Shown: one piece after another, positions 51,850-61,671 of the stretch
Layout: each line of letters opens with the position of its first letter
Numbering within the stretch: position 1 is the stretch's first letter
Assembly: GCA_048937405.1 (NCBI GenBank)
Contig: JBHLNF010000004.1
Span: forward strand, 1-64,000
Origin: Promethearchaeota archaeon
GTDB lineage: Archaea; Asgardarchaeota; Lokiarchaeia; Sigyniarchaeales; SOKP01
Direction: 5' to 3'
DNA length: 64,000 nucleotides
The notes under the pieces: model-generated
Database searches by the model: none
What the model saw: the letters and a program-made list of their open reading frames with translations, nothing else
What the model was told of the DNA's origin: nothing
Translations under genes and position numbers: made by a program

Positions 51850-53043
51850 TTAAATATCCTTTTTTACTGGAGATATCTTTCTCAATCTTTCAATTATACC
51901 GGGTAATTTCTTCAAGAAATAATCTATATCTTCTTCTTTAGTGAAGCGTCCCAAGGAAACTCTCAAGGATCCATGCGCATCTTGATGGTTCACTCCTATT
52001 GCTAATAATACATGTGAAGGTTCGAGTGACTCTGAAGAACAAGCTGAGCCCGTAGAGGTGGCGATCCCTTCTGTATCGAGATCCAATACAATCGATTCTC
52101 CTTCAATAAATTTAAATCCAAGGTTCACGTTATTTGGGAGTCTTTGAGTAGGGTGTCCATTCAAATATGTATCTTCAATATTTTCTGTAACCCATTTAAT
52201 GATTTTATCTCTTAGTTTTATCTGTCTTTTAGATTCCATTTCCATTTCCTCTTTAGCAATTTCAACAGCTTTAGCAAAACCTGCAATACCAGGAACATTT
52301 ATAGTACTTGGTCGCATATTCCTCTCATGACCTCCACCATACATGATAGGATCAATAAATTTCCCCCATCCTTCTCTTATTCCCTTATTACGTATGTATA
52401 ACATACCAACACCCTTAGGTCCATAAATCTTATGAGCGGAAGCAGATAATAGGTCTATATTCATGTCATTTACATCAATTGGAACTTTTCCAAACGCTTG
52501 AACAGCATCAGTATGAAAAATGACATCATGTTTCTTCGCTATCATACCAATTTCTTTAATTGGTTCAATAGTACCAATTTCATTATTTGCAAACATAATA
52601 CTTATAAGTAAAGTTCTGTTTGTGATTGTATTCTCTAAATCTGCTAAATCAATAATACCATATTTATCTACAGGTAGAAAAGTAAGTTCAAATCCCTTTT
52701 TCTTTAATTCTTTATAGGGATTTTCTACTGCATGATGTTCGATTGAGGATGTAATAATATGATTACCTCTTTCCTTATTCTTAGAAGCAACACCAAAAAT
52801 AGCAAGATTATCTGCTTCTGTTCCTGAAGATGTAAAGAAAATATCATCTCTATTTGCATTAATAAATGATGCGATTATTTCACGTGATTTTAATAATACT
52901 TGCCCTGCCTTTTGTCCAAGAGAATGTAAACTTGAAGAATTTCCATAGGTTTCTAAAAAATGTTTATGAATTTCATCAATAACCCTTGGATCCATTGGCG
53001 TCGTAGCAGCATTATCCAGATAAATATATTTAGATTTACTCAT
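51850..53043 (-). CDS. iscS: Cysteine desulfurase IscS/NifS (MisS-type)
   Basis: YLDNAATT, HTDAVQ, SAHKIYGPKG (PLP Lys), STGSACSS (catalytic Cys). Confidence 0.95.
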   Translation of the reverse strand: MSKSKYIYLDNAATTPMDPRVIDEIHKHFLETYGNSSSLHSLGQKAGQVLLKSREIIASFINANRDDIFFTSSGTEADNLAIFGVASKNKERGNHIITSSIEHHAVENPYKELKKKGFELTFLPVDKYGIIDLADLENTITNRTLLISIMFANNEIGTIEPIKEIGMIAKKHDVIFHTDAVQAFGKVPIDVNDMNIDLLSASAHKIYGPKGVGMLYIRNKGIREGWGKFIDPIMYGGGHERNMRPSTINVPGIAGFAKAVEIAKEEMEMESKRQIKLRDKIIKWVTENIEDTYLNGHPTQRLPNNVNLGFKFIEGESIVLDLDTEGIATSTGSACSSESLEPSHVLLAIGVNHQDAHGSLRVSLGRFTKEEDIDYFLKKLPGIIERLRKISPVKKDI

Positions 53044-53179
53044 TTATAATCAATTTAAGATAAATTCATAATCTAGTATAAATTTAAAGCAAAAAGATTT
53101 TTAATTGTTTATATTGGAAAATATAAAACTTAAAATATTATATGTTAAAATTGCACCTATATTTAATAAGTTGGTTAAG

Positions 53180-53233
53180 ATGACATACAAATTAATCTGG
53201 GGTATAACTGGCACAGGATATGTTTTAAATTAA
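53180..53233 (+). pseudogene. Truncated 5' duplicate of the afpA-like gene
   Basis: Manual translation MTYKLIWGITGTGYVLN*; 13-aa identity (KLIWGITGTGYVL) with 53853-54413. Confidence 0.75.
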
Positions 53234-53329
53234 AGTATTAATTATTTTCATTAGGTTTTATATATAAAGCTAATTTTTTATAAATTAAGAATTTTTTAAG
53301 CCATTAAAACTATTAATTGAAATATAAGA

Positions 53330-53842
53330 ATGAATAATAAAAAAACAAATAAGGAAACTGTTGATCTTATCATAGAACAAGAACTCTCTGGAGTTTCCCC
53401 TGAAATGATTGATTGGTGGTGGGATCATATTGATAATTCAGAACGCTACAAATTATGGCATCCTAAAGACCATAAATCATTTGAATGGGAAATCTCTCCT
53501 GAAAATATAAAGGGACATGTGGGAGCAATACAACGCGTTGTTGAAACAATTGAAGGTAGACCTACAACATTAAGAATTCGATGGGAAAATCCTGACTCAA
53601 TACCTATAAAGGCGGAGTTTAAGCATAAAAATGCCGCAAGCGTTATAAATAATAAAGATGAACCCATTACTTGGGTTTTACATGAATATCATTCAATTCC
53701 AAAGGGAACTATCTTACGATCAACCTTTCGTTTACCTGCTCAAGTCCCAAATTCATTCATTGAACATTTGAGAAAACATAATATCGAAGAAATAGGATTT
53801 TTTACTGAATTTTTACCAAAATTATATGAAGAAGAGCAATAA
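53330..53842 (+). CDS. PhlG/DAPG-hydrolase-like (Bet v1 fold) protein
   Basis: MIDWWW…RYKLWHPKDH, LRSTF, H..EE motif. Confidence 0.7.
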   Translation: MNNKKTNKETVDLIIEQELSGVSPEMIDWWWDHIDNSERYKLWHPKDHKSFEWEISPENIKGHVGAIQRVVETIEGRPTTLRIRWENPDSIPIKAEFKHKNAASVINNKDEPITWVLHEYHSIPKGTILRSTFRLPAQVPNSFIEHLRKHNIEEIGFFTEFLPKLYEEEQ

Positions 53843-53852
53843 GTAGAAGAAA

Positions 53853-54413
53853 ATGAAGCTTATATGGGGTATAACTGGAACTGGCTATGTCCTTCAAGAA
53901 TCAATTGATTTAATGAAAGAATTGCAAATAAAACATAATATCAATTTAACTGTAATTCTTTCTAAAGAAGGTGCTGCTGTTATTAAATGGTATAAAAAAT
54001 GGTTAGCACTAACCGAAGTGGTTGAAAAAATAAAAATAGAAAAAACTCCAAATATCCCATTTTATGCTGGACCATTACAATTAGGAAAATTCGATTTTTT
54101 TTTAGTTTGCCCTGTTTCCGCTAATTCAATCGCCAAAATTGTTAACGGGATAGCAGATACACTAATAACTAATTGTGTAGCTCAAGCTATTAAGGGAGGG
54201 CAGACTGTTTATATTTTTCCATCAGATCAGGATACTGAACCTATAGTAACTTCCCGACCAGATGGGTCTCCTTTAATTTTAAAGATAAGAGATATTGAAC
54301 TTGAAAATATTAAAAAGTTAAAAGAAATGGAAGGGATTGTAGTAATTTCAGACTTTTCTGAAATCAAATCTCTTATTCTTGAAAAGTTAAAAATAAATCC
54401 TAATAATAAATAA
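53853..54413 (+). CDS. afpA: Archaeoflavoprotein AfpA-like (HFCD flavoprotein family)
   Basis: WGITGTG, P.SANSIAKIVNGIADTLITN..AQA.KG, FPSD. Confidence 0.8.
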   Translation: MKLIWGITGTGYVLQESIDLMKELQIKHNINLTVILSKEGAAVIKWYKKWLALTEVVEKIKIEKTPNIPFYAGPLQLGKFDFFLVCPVSANSIAKIVNGIADTLITNCVAQAIKGGQTVYIFPSDQDTEPIVTSRPDGSPLILKIRDIELENIKKLKEMEGIVVISDFSEIKSLILEKLKINPNNK

Positions 54414-54416
54414 TAT

Positions 54417-54875
54417 CTAAACCGCTTCAAACTTTACGGGTTTAATTGCTCCTTCTGGACATGAAAGTTCACACTTTAAACAACCCTGGCATTTTGCGAT
54501 TTCTTTATACTTATATCTGATTCCTTCTTCCTCTCTTCCAACCTTTTTCACAACATCTTTATAAAAAAGGTTTTTAGGACAGAAAATTCCATTTTCATCA
54601 AGACATATTTCACACATATTACATAGCTCATGATCAATTTTGATACTTACTATTTGATCTGGATTTGTTATAGACGTTACCTCAATAGCATTCCTAGGAC
54701 ATACTTGAACACAATTTAGGCATGCTTTACATTTAGCATAATCAACTTTTCTAACTCCATGCTCAAAATAAATAGCTTTAGATTTACAAGCTTTAAGACA
54801 GCGTTCACATCTTGTACATAATTCTTGATCAATTTGAACAGGAATAAATTTTTCTTTGAATCTTCCCAAATTCAA
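54417..54875 (-). CDS. Polyferredoxin (up to four [4Fe-4S] motifs)
   Basis: CTRCERCLKAC, CKACLNCVQVCP, CNMCEIC…FCP, CQGCLKCELSCP. Confidence 0.88.
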   Translation of the reverse strand: MNLGRFKEKFIPVQIDQELCTRCERCLKACKSKAIYFEHGVRKVDYAKCKACLNCVQVCPRNAIEVTSITNPDQIVSIKIDHELCNMCEICLDENGIFCPKNLFYKDVVKKVGREEEGIRYKYKEIAKCQGCLKCELSCPEGAIKPVKFEAV

Positions 54876-55001
54876 TCACACATTCATTTTTTTATTCTTA
54901 AAAAAATATAATAGTGTGATTCTTTTAAAATTCATTTCTATTAATTATCAATTAGAATGAAGTCTTTTTTATATTAGAAAAAAGAATTTCCTCTAAGTTG
55001 A

Positions 55002-55520
55002 TTATTCTTTTTTTAATCTAGTTTGGTGTTTCTCAATGAATTCTAATATTTTATTACCATGATTTTTTGTATACTGATTGCTTGGTTGATGTCCACATGA
55101 TCTACATTTAGCATCGTAGGCGGAATTTATGGTTCCACATTTTAAACATGAATAATAATTCTTCATATCTTCCATCCAAATTTCATATCCCCTTTTTACA
55201 ATTTGATCTTGAGCGTTCAATAATTCAAATCGATGAGCTGCTCCAGCTTGAAATTCTTTTAAATTATCACATGGAAAGTCATCACACTCACCGCAAAAAT
55301 CAATTCCTTTTTTCTGAGCACAAGGATAAAGTTTACAAGTGTCACAATAAGGAATACGCTTTTCTGACCGACATCCATAGCATTTCATTTCTTCAACTGA
55401 AATATCAAATTGATTAGCAAGCAATTCAAGACGATTAGGATCTTCCTGAGTACCAATAAATATCGTACAAGCTGGGCAATAAAGACCACAAACTGCCGCG
55501 TGTGTTTTAGAATATTTCAT
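55002..55520 (-). CDS. DUF3795 Cys-rich protein
   Basis: AVCGLYCPAC, CYGC, C..YPCA.KKG..FCGEC..FPC; C-terminal Zn ribbon. Confidence 0.8.
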   Translation of the reverse strand: MKYSKTHAAVCGLYCPACTIFIGTQEDPNRLELLANQFDISVEEMKCYGCRSEKRIPYCDTCKLYPCAQKKGIDFCGECDDFPCDNLKEFQAGAAHRFELLNAQDQIVKRGYEIWMEDMKNYYSCLKCGTINSAYDAKCRSCGHQPSNQYTKNHGNKILEFIEKHQTRLKKE

Positions 55521-55594
55521 AATAACAAGTAAATAATTTAGAATTTAATAATTTATATAAAATAATTTTAAAATGAAAAAATAAATAGTATATT

Positions 55595-56389
55595 TTATTG
55601 AAAATACTGAGTATATCCTTCTTTAGTGCCTGGTAATTGTTGTTGCTGTTTCTGATATTGTTGAGCTTTTTCTGCTAATTCTAACATTTTTGCTTTTATT
55701 TCTTTTCCTTGTTCAATAAGAGATGCCGTATCTATTGTTAAATTATACATTTTATTTAATACTTCTAGAATACTAGCGGCACCTTCTGGAGTGGGAATTT
55801 CTAATACAGGGGTAAATAAAGCAAATGCTTGTAATCTATTTGTTAAAGCTTCATTCAAAACGGTTGCTTCTGGTCCTACAATGATTCCTTTCTCAACTTT
55901 ACTTATTCCAAATTTTTCAAGATGATCCATCATTATTTCTTCAGCAGCATAATAAACTGGATATTCATCAATAATACCTCTCTGGGGGATTCCTTGAAAA
56001 ATTACAATTTCCTTTGCTCTAACATCCTCTGAAAGAGCCCAATTACATATCGTTTTACTTAAATCGTTGTAGGCAGTTGGTATCTGAAAAGGAACCTCAC
56101 AAATCCCAATAATCAAATTATTTTGAGGAGAATAAAGAATTCTAAACGGATGCTTTAACACACCTGCATAAAATACTGAAATGGGGGGGAGATATTCAGA
56201 GGTAATAAAACCAATTTCCTTGACATCTGGTAATTGTTCTATTAGAGTATTAGCAACTATAGGTCCTATAAGTCCAATTCCCGCAAATCCTAAAATAAAG
56301 GTAGCTCCTTCTTTAATTTCAACAGTTAAGTCATCTATAACAACTGAACTTTTTTTTCCCTTCTCACAAACATATTCTTTTTTAACCAT
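55595..56389 (-). CDS. Proteasome assembly chaperone family protein (PAC2 / PbaA-PbaB-like)
   Basis: GFAGIGLIGPI, S.YLPP, HPFRI, P.PEGAA; ATG at 56389 after AGGTGA. Confidence 0.85.
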   Translation of the reverse strand: MVKKEYVCEKGKKSSVVIDDLTVEIKEGATFILGFAGIGLIGPIVANTLIEQLPDVKEIGFITSEYLPPISVFYAGVLKHPFRILYSPQNNLIIGICEVPFQIPTAYNDLSKTICNWALSEDVRAKEIVIFQGIPQRGIIDEYPVYYAAEEIMMDHLEKFGISKVEKGIIVGPEATVLNEALTNRLQAFALFTPVLEIPTPEGAASILEVLNKMYNLTIDTASLIEQGKEIKAKMLELAEKAQQYQKQQQQLPGTKEGYTQYFQ

Positions 56390-56634
56390 TCTTTTCACCT
56401 ATAAAATAAATAAAAACTGTGTATGGTTGTTGTTAAATTTTATTATAGAAACTAAGAATATAATATTAAAGGTCTTTTTTAATTTATGTGCTATATTCTA
56501 TTCATAAGTTGATCAAAAAGTTTTTCGAATATTAAAAGACTTGAGAAAATTTAAGTTTTTATTAAAAAAAGAATTTTAGATCTTAACCAAGCTTTCTAAA
56601 TAAATATGCAATTCAGATTTATAAGTGAAATAAA

Positions 56635-57432
56635 TTGATTTTGGAAACTCAAGATTTGACAATACCAACAATGGATGAAAAATGTGTTATAATTAATAAG
56701 GTCTCTTTTGGTGTTAAAGAAGGATCTATACATGCTATTATAGGTCCAAATGGCTCTGGAAAATCAACCTTAGCATACACTATAATGGGATTAAATAACT
56801 ATAAACCTTCAAGTGGAAAAATATATTTTGATGGAATTGACATAACAGATATGAGTATAACTGAACGTGCAAAGTTAGGGATAACTTTAGCATGGCAAGA
56901 ACCCGCTAGAATTGATGGATTATCAATTCCGAAATATATTTCACTTGGAATTAAGGATAAAGCTAATAAAAAAGAAATAATAAGTGAAGCTTTAGATATT
57001 GTAAATTTGGAGCCTGAGAGATATATGAAACGAAATATTGATGAATCTTTAAGTGGTGGAGAAAGAAAGAGAGTAGAGTTAGCTGCAGCCATAGCGATGA
57101 GACCTCGATTGATTATGCTAGATGAGCCTGATTCTGGATTAGATTTCATTGTAATTGAAGATTTTCTTAATATTTTTGGAAAAATCAAGGAATTAAATAT
57201 GACTATTTTATTAATCACCCACAGAGAAGATATTGGAATGGTTGCAGATTATGGAACCCTTATCTGGAGAGGAGATTCATTAATAACTGATGTTTTTCCA
57301 AAAGTTATGCTAAAATATTGTGCAAAAGCGGGTTTAAAGGAATTCTGCAAAAGAAAATTATTCAATGGGAAGCAACAATGTTTCGATGAGGATTATATTG
57401 ATAAAATATTTAGAGAGGAACAAGGATTATGA
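56635..57432 (+). CDS. sufC: SufC-like ABC ATPase (SmsC-type)
   Basis: GPNGSGKST, LAWQEP, LSGGERKR, LDEPDSGLD; three C-terminal Cys. Confidence 0.9.
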   Translation: MILETQDLTIPTMDEKCVIINKVSFGVKEGSIHAIIGPNGSGKSTLAYTIMGLNNYKPSSGKIYFDGIDITDMSITERAKLGITLAWQEPARIDGLSIPKYISLGIKDKANKKEIISEALDIVNLEPERYMKRNIDESLSGGERKRVELAAAIAMRPRLIMLDEPDSGLDFIVIEDFLNIFGKIKELNMTILLITHREDIGMVADYGTLIWRGDSLITDVFPKVMLKYCAKAGLKEFCKRKLFNGKQQCFDEDYIDKIFREEQGL

Positions 57433-58391
57433 GTAATATAGAATATCCAGAAGAAATATTAGAAAGTCTTGAAGATTATAATATTGATATTAGAGACTTT
57501 TTACCAGGACACGGGAAGGGAGCCAAGCTTTTATTAGATTTTAATAAGATTAGTGGTGTTGAACAAGTCGATGGTGTTATTCTAAAGGGTAGAGAGATTG
57601 AAAATGGAATTGTGGCGGATATTATAATAAAAAAGGGTACAAAAATTGAAGAACCTATTCATTTATGTTTTGGTGTTAATAAAGAAACGGGAGTTCAGGA
57701 AATTTTTCCAAGAATTATTGCAGAAGATAATACAGAAGTAACTGTACAAGCACATTGCAGTTTTCCAAAAGCAAATGGACTTATTCATAAAATGTTTGGA
57801 CATTTTTACATTGGAAAAAATTGTAATTTTACCTATAGTGAAACCCATTACCATGGTGAGAATTCAGGTGCATTAGTTGCTCCAGTTGGTTATATGTATG
57901 TTGGTGAAAATAGTATTTTTGAAAATAATTTTAATCTTACAAGAGGAACACCTGGTAAGGTAAAAATATTGATAGATATTTACGCTATGAAAAATAGCGT
58001 AATTAAATCAAATATCAGAGCTTTTGGAAAATGTAAAAAAGATTCAATTAGAATAAGAGATTCTGTTTTTCTTGAAGGTGAAAACGCAAGAAGTATAATT
58101 AAAATGAAAGCTGCTGCCAAAGATGGAGGAGAGGTATTAATGTATGGAATTACTGAAGGAAATGCTCCACGATGTAATGGACATGTTGAATGTAATGAAA
58201 TTGTGTTAGGAAAAGGATCAATATGTAGAGCACGTCCCTTTATCAGAGCTATAGACCCAACATCAAGTGTTTCTCATGAAGCTTCATTAGGAAGATTCCC
58301 CCAAAAATGGTTGGATGAACTGCAGGCTAAAGGCTTAACTGAAGAGGAAGCTACTCAAATTCTTATCGAAGCTATGCTTCAAGAAGAATAA
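57429..58391 (+). CDS. sufB: SufB/D-family Fe-S scaffold (SmsB-type)
   Basis: PIHLCFG, AHCSFP, GHVECNE, SHEASLG, LQAKGL.EEEA; ATGA overlap with sufC. Confidence 0.88.
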   Translation: MSNIEYPEEILESLEDYNIDIRDFLPGHGKGAKLLLDFNKISGVEQVDGVILKGREIENGIVADIIIKKGTKIEEPIHLCFGVNKETGVQEIFPRIIAEDNTEVTVQAHCSFPKANGLIHKMFGHFYIGKNCNFTYSETHYHGENSGALVAPVGYMYVGENSIFENNFNLTRGTPGKVKILIDIYAMKNSVIKSNIRAFGKCKKDSIRIRDSVFLEGENARSIIKMKAAAKDGGEVLMYGITEGNAPRCNGHVECNEIVLGKGSICRARPFIRAIDPTSSVSHEASLGRFPQKWLDELQAKGLTEEEATQILIEAMLQEE

Positions 58392-58430
58392 AAACAAGAG
58401 GAAAAGACTAGAAATTGAAAAATTGAGAGA

Positions 58431-59078
58431 TTGAATATGAGAGAAAATACGAAATATCATAATTATCGTTTTATAGGGAAAATAAATGTAGATGAGATTG
58501 AACCTTGGTTTGATTTTGCTACAGCAAAACCATGGGATGATTCTGAAATTCCATGGATTTTAGATAATAAAGTAAGACGTGAAATTTTAATAATACTTGC
58601 TAGTGGGCCAAAATCATTTCAAGAAATACATGAAAGAGTTAATTTTTCTCCAGAACCTTTATTAATCTCAAAAGAAGAATATGATTGTCAGATATCATAT
58701 CAATGGACAAAAGAAACTGTTGAAAATCACATAATGACTTTAGAATGGTATAATCTAATTAAATTATTAGATAAAAATTATCAATTAACTATCCCAATAT
58801 TATCAACAGAACATTCAGAGAAGTTAGAAGAATATATTGAGAAATTTTCAGAAAATTGGATAAAAATTATTCTGCAATTTAGAGAGCAGATTGAAAAGAT
58901 AGGTGATTTAACTGAAAAAACTCATTTATATGATATATTAATTGAAAAAGCAACAGAAAATCTTTATAAGCTTCTCAAAAAAGAAGATATACTCCCTGAT
59001 ATACCTAATATAAAAGCCTTATGGGCAGAGCAGCTTAGAAAGATTAAATTTAAAGATTGGATCAAGCAGAATTTTTAA
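58431..59078 (+). CDS. Winged-helix (ArsR-like) domain protein
   Basis: ILDNKVRREILIILASGPKSFQEI … VENHIMTLEWYNLI. Confidence 0.65.
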   Translation: MNMRENTKYHNYRFIGKINVDEIEPWFDFATAKPWDDSEIPWILDNKVRREILIILASGPKSFQEIHERVNFSPEPLLISKEEYDCQISYQWTKETVENHIMTLEWYNLIKLLDKNYQLTIPILSTEHSEKLEEYIEKFSENWIKIILQFREQIEKIGDLTEKTHLYDILIEKATENLYKLLKKEDILPDIPNIKALWAEQLRKIKFKDWIKQNF

Positions 59079-59269
59079 AAAAACCTAAACCATTATCAGT
59101 AATTTTCTTTCTTAAAATAAGAATGATAATAATTATAGGTTATTTTATCAATATTGGTAATTTAGAAATAATAATTATTAAATATTCAATTAACTAATTT
59201 AATAAAAAATAAATATTGCTATAATAAAAATCAAAACAAGATAAAACTAGTTTTAATAAATTTGATATA

Positions 59270-59764
59270 ATGCAATTAGCTTTATTATATTTTAATACAG
59301 TTGTTGGTCCAGAGATTATTTTTTCTCATCCAGGTTCAATATTAGAGAAAATCAGCAAAAAAATGTTAGGTTTTTTTGATTTAGATATGTCAGAGGAATT
59401 CTTTGAAGTTATATTAATTGAGGAAGATTTAAAGATAACAAATATGTATTTTGAAATTACTTCCTGTTGGGCTCGTGGTAATAAAGAAATGTTAATGTTT
59501 TCAATAATAACTGATAAAGATTTCAAAGGTGAATTACTTTATGAAACAATGGAAAATTACTCGGTGAAAATAAAATCTGTTGTGAATTTATATAAAGCTT
59601 TCTATACCAAAGGTTATCTAAATAAGAATGATCCCGAAATTGATTTAAAAATAAAAGAATTACATGAAATTCTTCTGGAATTTTATGATGTATTAAAAGA
59701 AAGGTCAAAAGAAAAAATTAAAGATGAGAAAATAATTAAAAAGTTTAAAAAATTTAAATGGTAA
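59270..59764 (+). CDS. Stand-alone longin/uDENN-like protein
   Basis: LALLYFNTVVGPEIIFSHP start; FEI.S.WARG.KEMLM motif. Confidence 0.65.
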   Translation: MQLALLYFNTVVGPEIIFSHPGSILEKISKKMLGFFDLDMSEEFFEVILIEEDLKITNMYFEITSCWARGNKEMLMFSIITDKDFKGELLYETMENYSVKIKSVVNLYKAFYTKGYLNKNDPEIDLKIKELHEILLEFYDVLKERSKEKIKDEKIIKKFKKFKW

Positions 59765-60546
59765 TTAATTTGGAAAAGACACATTTACTCTATATCTCTG
59801 GACTCATAATTATATCAATTATTTCTGCGTATGTTTTAATCGTATTACCACACGGCGTACCAGTACCCGAATTGGAATCAAATTTTTTTTTATTTGGTCT
59901 TGGATTAAATAGCACAGTATTACTATGGACGATATCTGGTTACTTGTTATTAAGATGGATTAGAACAAATAAAAAAAATAAATCTTTATTCATCTGGAGT
60001 ATTTCGTTCCTTGTCTATAGTATAACTTTTGTTGCACATATCTTCAGAGCTATAGGGGTTCCTATTGCTAATGAAAATTTATCTGTATTTCATTTTTTTG
60101 TTTGGAGATGGGGTATGCCATGTTTCTCTGCAGGAATTTTATATGGTATTTTAGAGATTTTAACCGACAATAAAAAATTACAACAAATTCCTAGTATTTC
60201 TGTGCTTATCCTTGGATTTTTATGGTTAATATTAGGATTATTCATAATACCATCTGAAAATCCTATTGAAATCACAATGTATTTATTCCTTCATACAATT
60301 TGGATTCCTGTCTGCTTTACTATGGCATATATTTTTGCTTTTTATGGATATAAAGCCAACGAAATTGGACCAAAATTAGTAGGTTTAGGTTTTTTTGTTC
60401 TTATGATATCTTATCATGGATGGGCTCCATGGCATTTTCAAGATGTTATATATCTATATTTCATCTGGTATTTTTTATTTTTACTTTCTCTTACTCCAAT
60501 CTTATTGGGATTTGTCTTAATGTCTTTTGAGGAAAGACATGATTAA
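59758..60546 (+). CDS. Polytopic membrane protein (7-8 TM), hypothetical
   Basis: Eight hydrophobic segments, no soluble domain; overlaps the upstream stop by 7 bp. Confidence 0.75.
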   Translation: MVINLEKTHLLYISGLIIISIISAYVLIVLPHGVPVPELESNFFLFGLGLNSTVLLWTISGYLLLRWIRTNKKNKSLFIWSISFLVYSITFVAHIFRAIGVPIANENLSVFHFFVWRWGMPCFSAGILYGILEILTDNKKLQQIPSISVLILGFLWLILGLFIIPSENPIEITMYLFLHTIWIPVCFTMAYIFAFYGYKANEIGPKLVGLGFFVLMISYHGWAPWHFQDVIYLYFIWYFLFLLSLTPILLGFVLMSFEERHD

Positions 60547-60638
60547 TATATCTAAATAAGTTTATTATAGATATTAAGAATAAATTTTTTATAAAAACTA
60601 TAACTAATGATAATATAAATTATAATACAGGGAAAATT

Positions 60639-61154
60639 ATGGAAGACAACAACCTACAAGAAGGAGATGACGCCCCTCTATTTAAATTAGATTCTTATAA
60701 CTCCGGAACTATTAATTTAGAAGAATTTAGAGGACAAAAAGTTGTTTTAATATTTTCAAGATATTTTGGATGTCCAATTTGTTTATTAGATTTCTCCACA
60801 TTAATGAAACGGAAAAATGAGATTGAAGATAAGGGAGCAAAAATATTATATATTACTCAATCAGGCGAGAAAGTAGCAAAAGAATATATTAAGAAAGAAA
60901 ATATTAATTTTCCTGTTATACCAAGTTCTAAAGATGAATTATATAAGGAATACGGACTTGGATTAATGAATATGGAAGCGGTTAAACAAGTGAAAGAGAA
61001 ATTTAAAGAAGCTATGAAATTAGGTTTTAAACATGGTGAATATGAAGGTTGGGAAAAACAGGGACCCGGTCAATTCGTTGTTGATGAACAAGGAAAAATA
61101 ATACATGCTTTCAAAGGATGGCTAGATATTGATAGTATTCTTTCTATACTTTAA
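60639..61154 (+). CDS. Peroxiredoxin-like AhpC/TSA (PRXL2-like) thioredoxin-fold protein
   Basis: GDDAP.F.L, FSRYFGCPIC, YKEYGL, Q.PG.FVVD..G.I. Confidence 0.85.
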   Translation: MEDNNLQEGDDAPLFKLDSYNSGTINLEEFRGQKVVLIFSRYFGCPICLLDFSTLMKRKNEIEDKGAKILYITQSGEKVAKEYIKKENINFPVIPSSKDELYKEYGLGLMNMEAVKQVKEKFKEAMKLGFKHGEYEGWEKQGPGQFVVDEQGKIIHAFKGWLDIDSILSIL

Positions 61155-61384
61155 TTTTTAAATATATTTTTGAATCTATAATTTATTTCTTAATCAATTT
61201 TTTTTATTTATTTACTGTTTTCAATGATATTTCAATTATTTATTAAATTTCTAAAGATATTACCTAGATATTACTTAGTTTCAAAAGATCTGATCATTTG
61301 TTTTTAATATATACGTAGATATCTCTCCACTATTATAGAGATATTCACTATGATTTGAATGAATTTTATAAATTTTAAAAACAA

Positions 61385-61657
61385 ATGAAAGAAATGATAA
61401 TTTCAAAAACTGAGGACTCAGAAGTTGTTCTTAATCTTAGAGATTTATTCTATGATATAAAAATTGCTACTAAGACGATTAATAAGCAAAGAGAAGAAAT
61501 ACCACAAAAAGCAAAATATGATAATTTTAAATTACTTTCTGATATTCAAAATGTTTTGCAGAAATGTAGACATTTAACTGATAAAGATAAACTTCTTTAT
61601 TGTCAGAGTCAACGTTATTTTATGAAGCAGTACCTGCGTGAAATAAATAAAAGATAA
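61385..61657 (+). CDS. Small hypothetical protein
   Basis: 90-aa ATG ORF, no motif recognised. Confidence 0.5.
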   Translation: MKEMIISKTEDSEVVLNLRDLFYDIKIATKTINKQREEIPQKAKYDNFKLLSDIQNVLQKCRHLTDKDKLLYCQSQRYFMKQYLREINKR

Positions 61658-61671
61658 TAATCCACTATAAA

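Noticed and set aside
59758-60546. Rhodopsin or GPCR call for the multi-TM protein
   Set aside because: No Schiff-base Lys motif, probably eight helices, and no family signature.
60639-61154. Prx-like gene (and hdrBC) as selenoproteins
   Set aside because: The CPIC motif and all Hdr ligands are Cys codons, with no in-frame TGA and no convincing SECIS.
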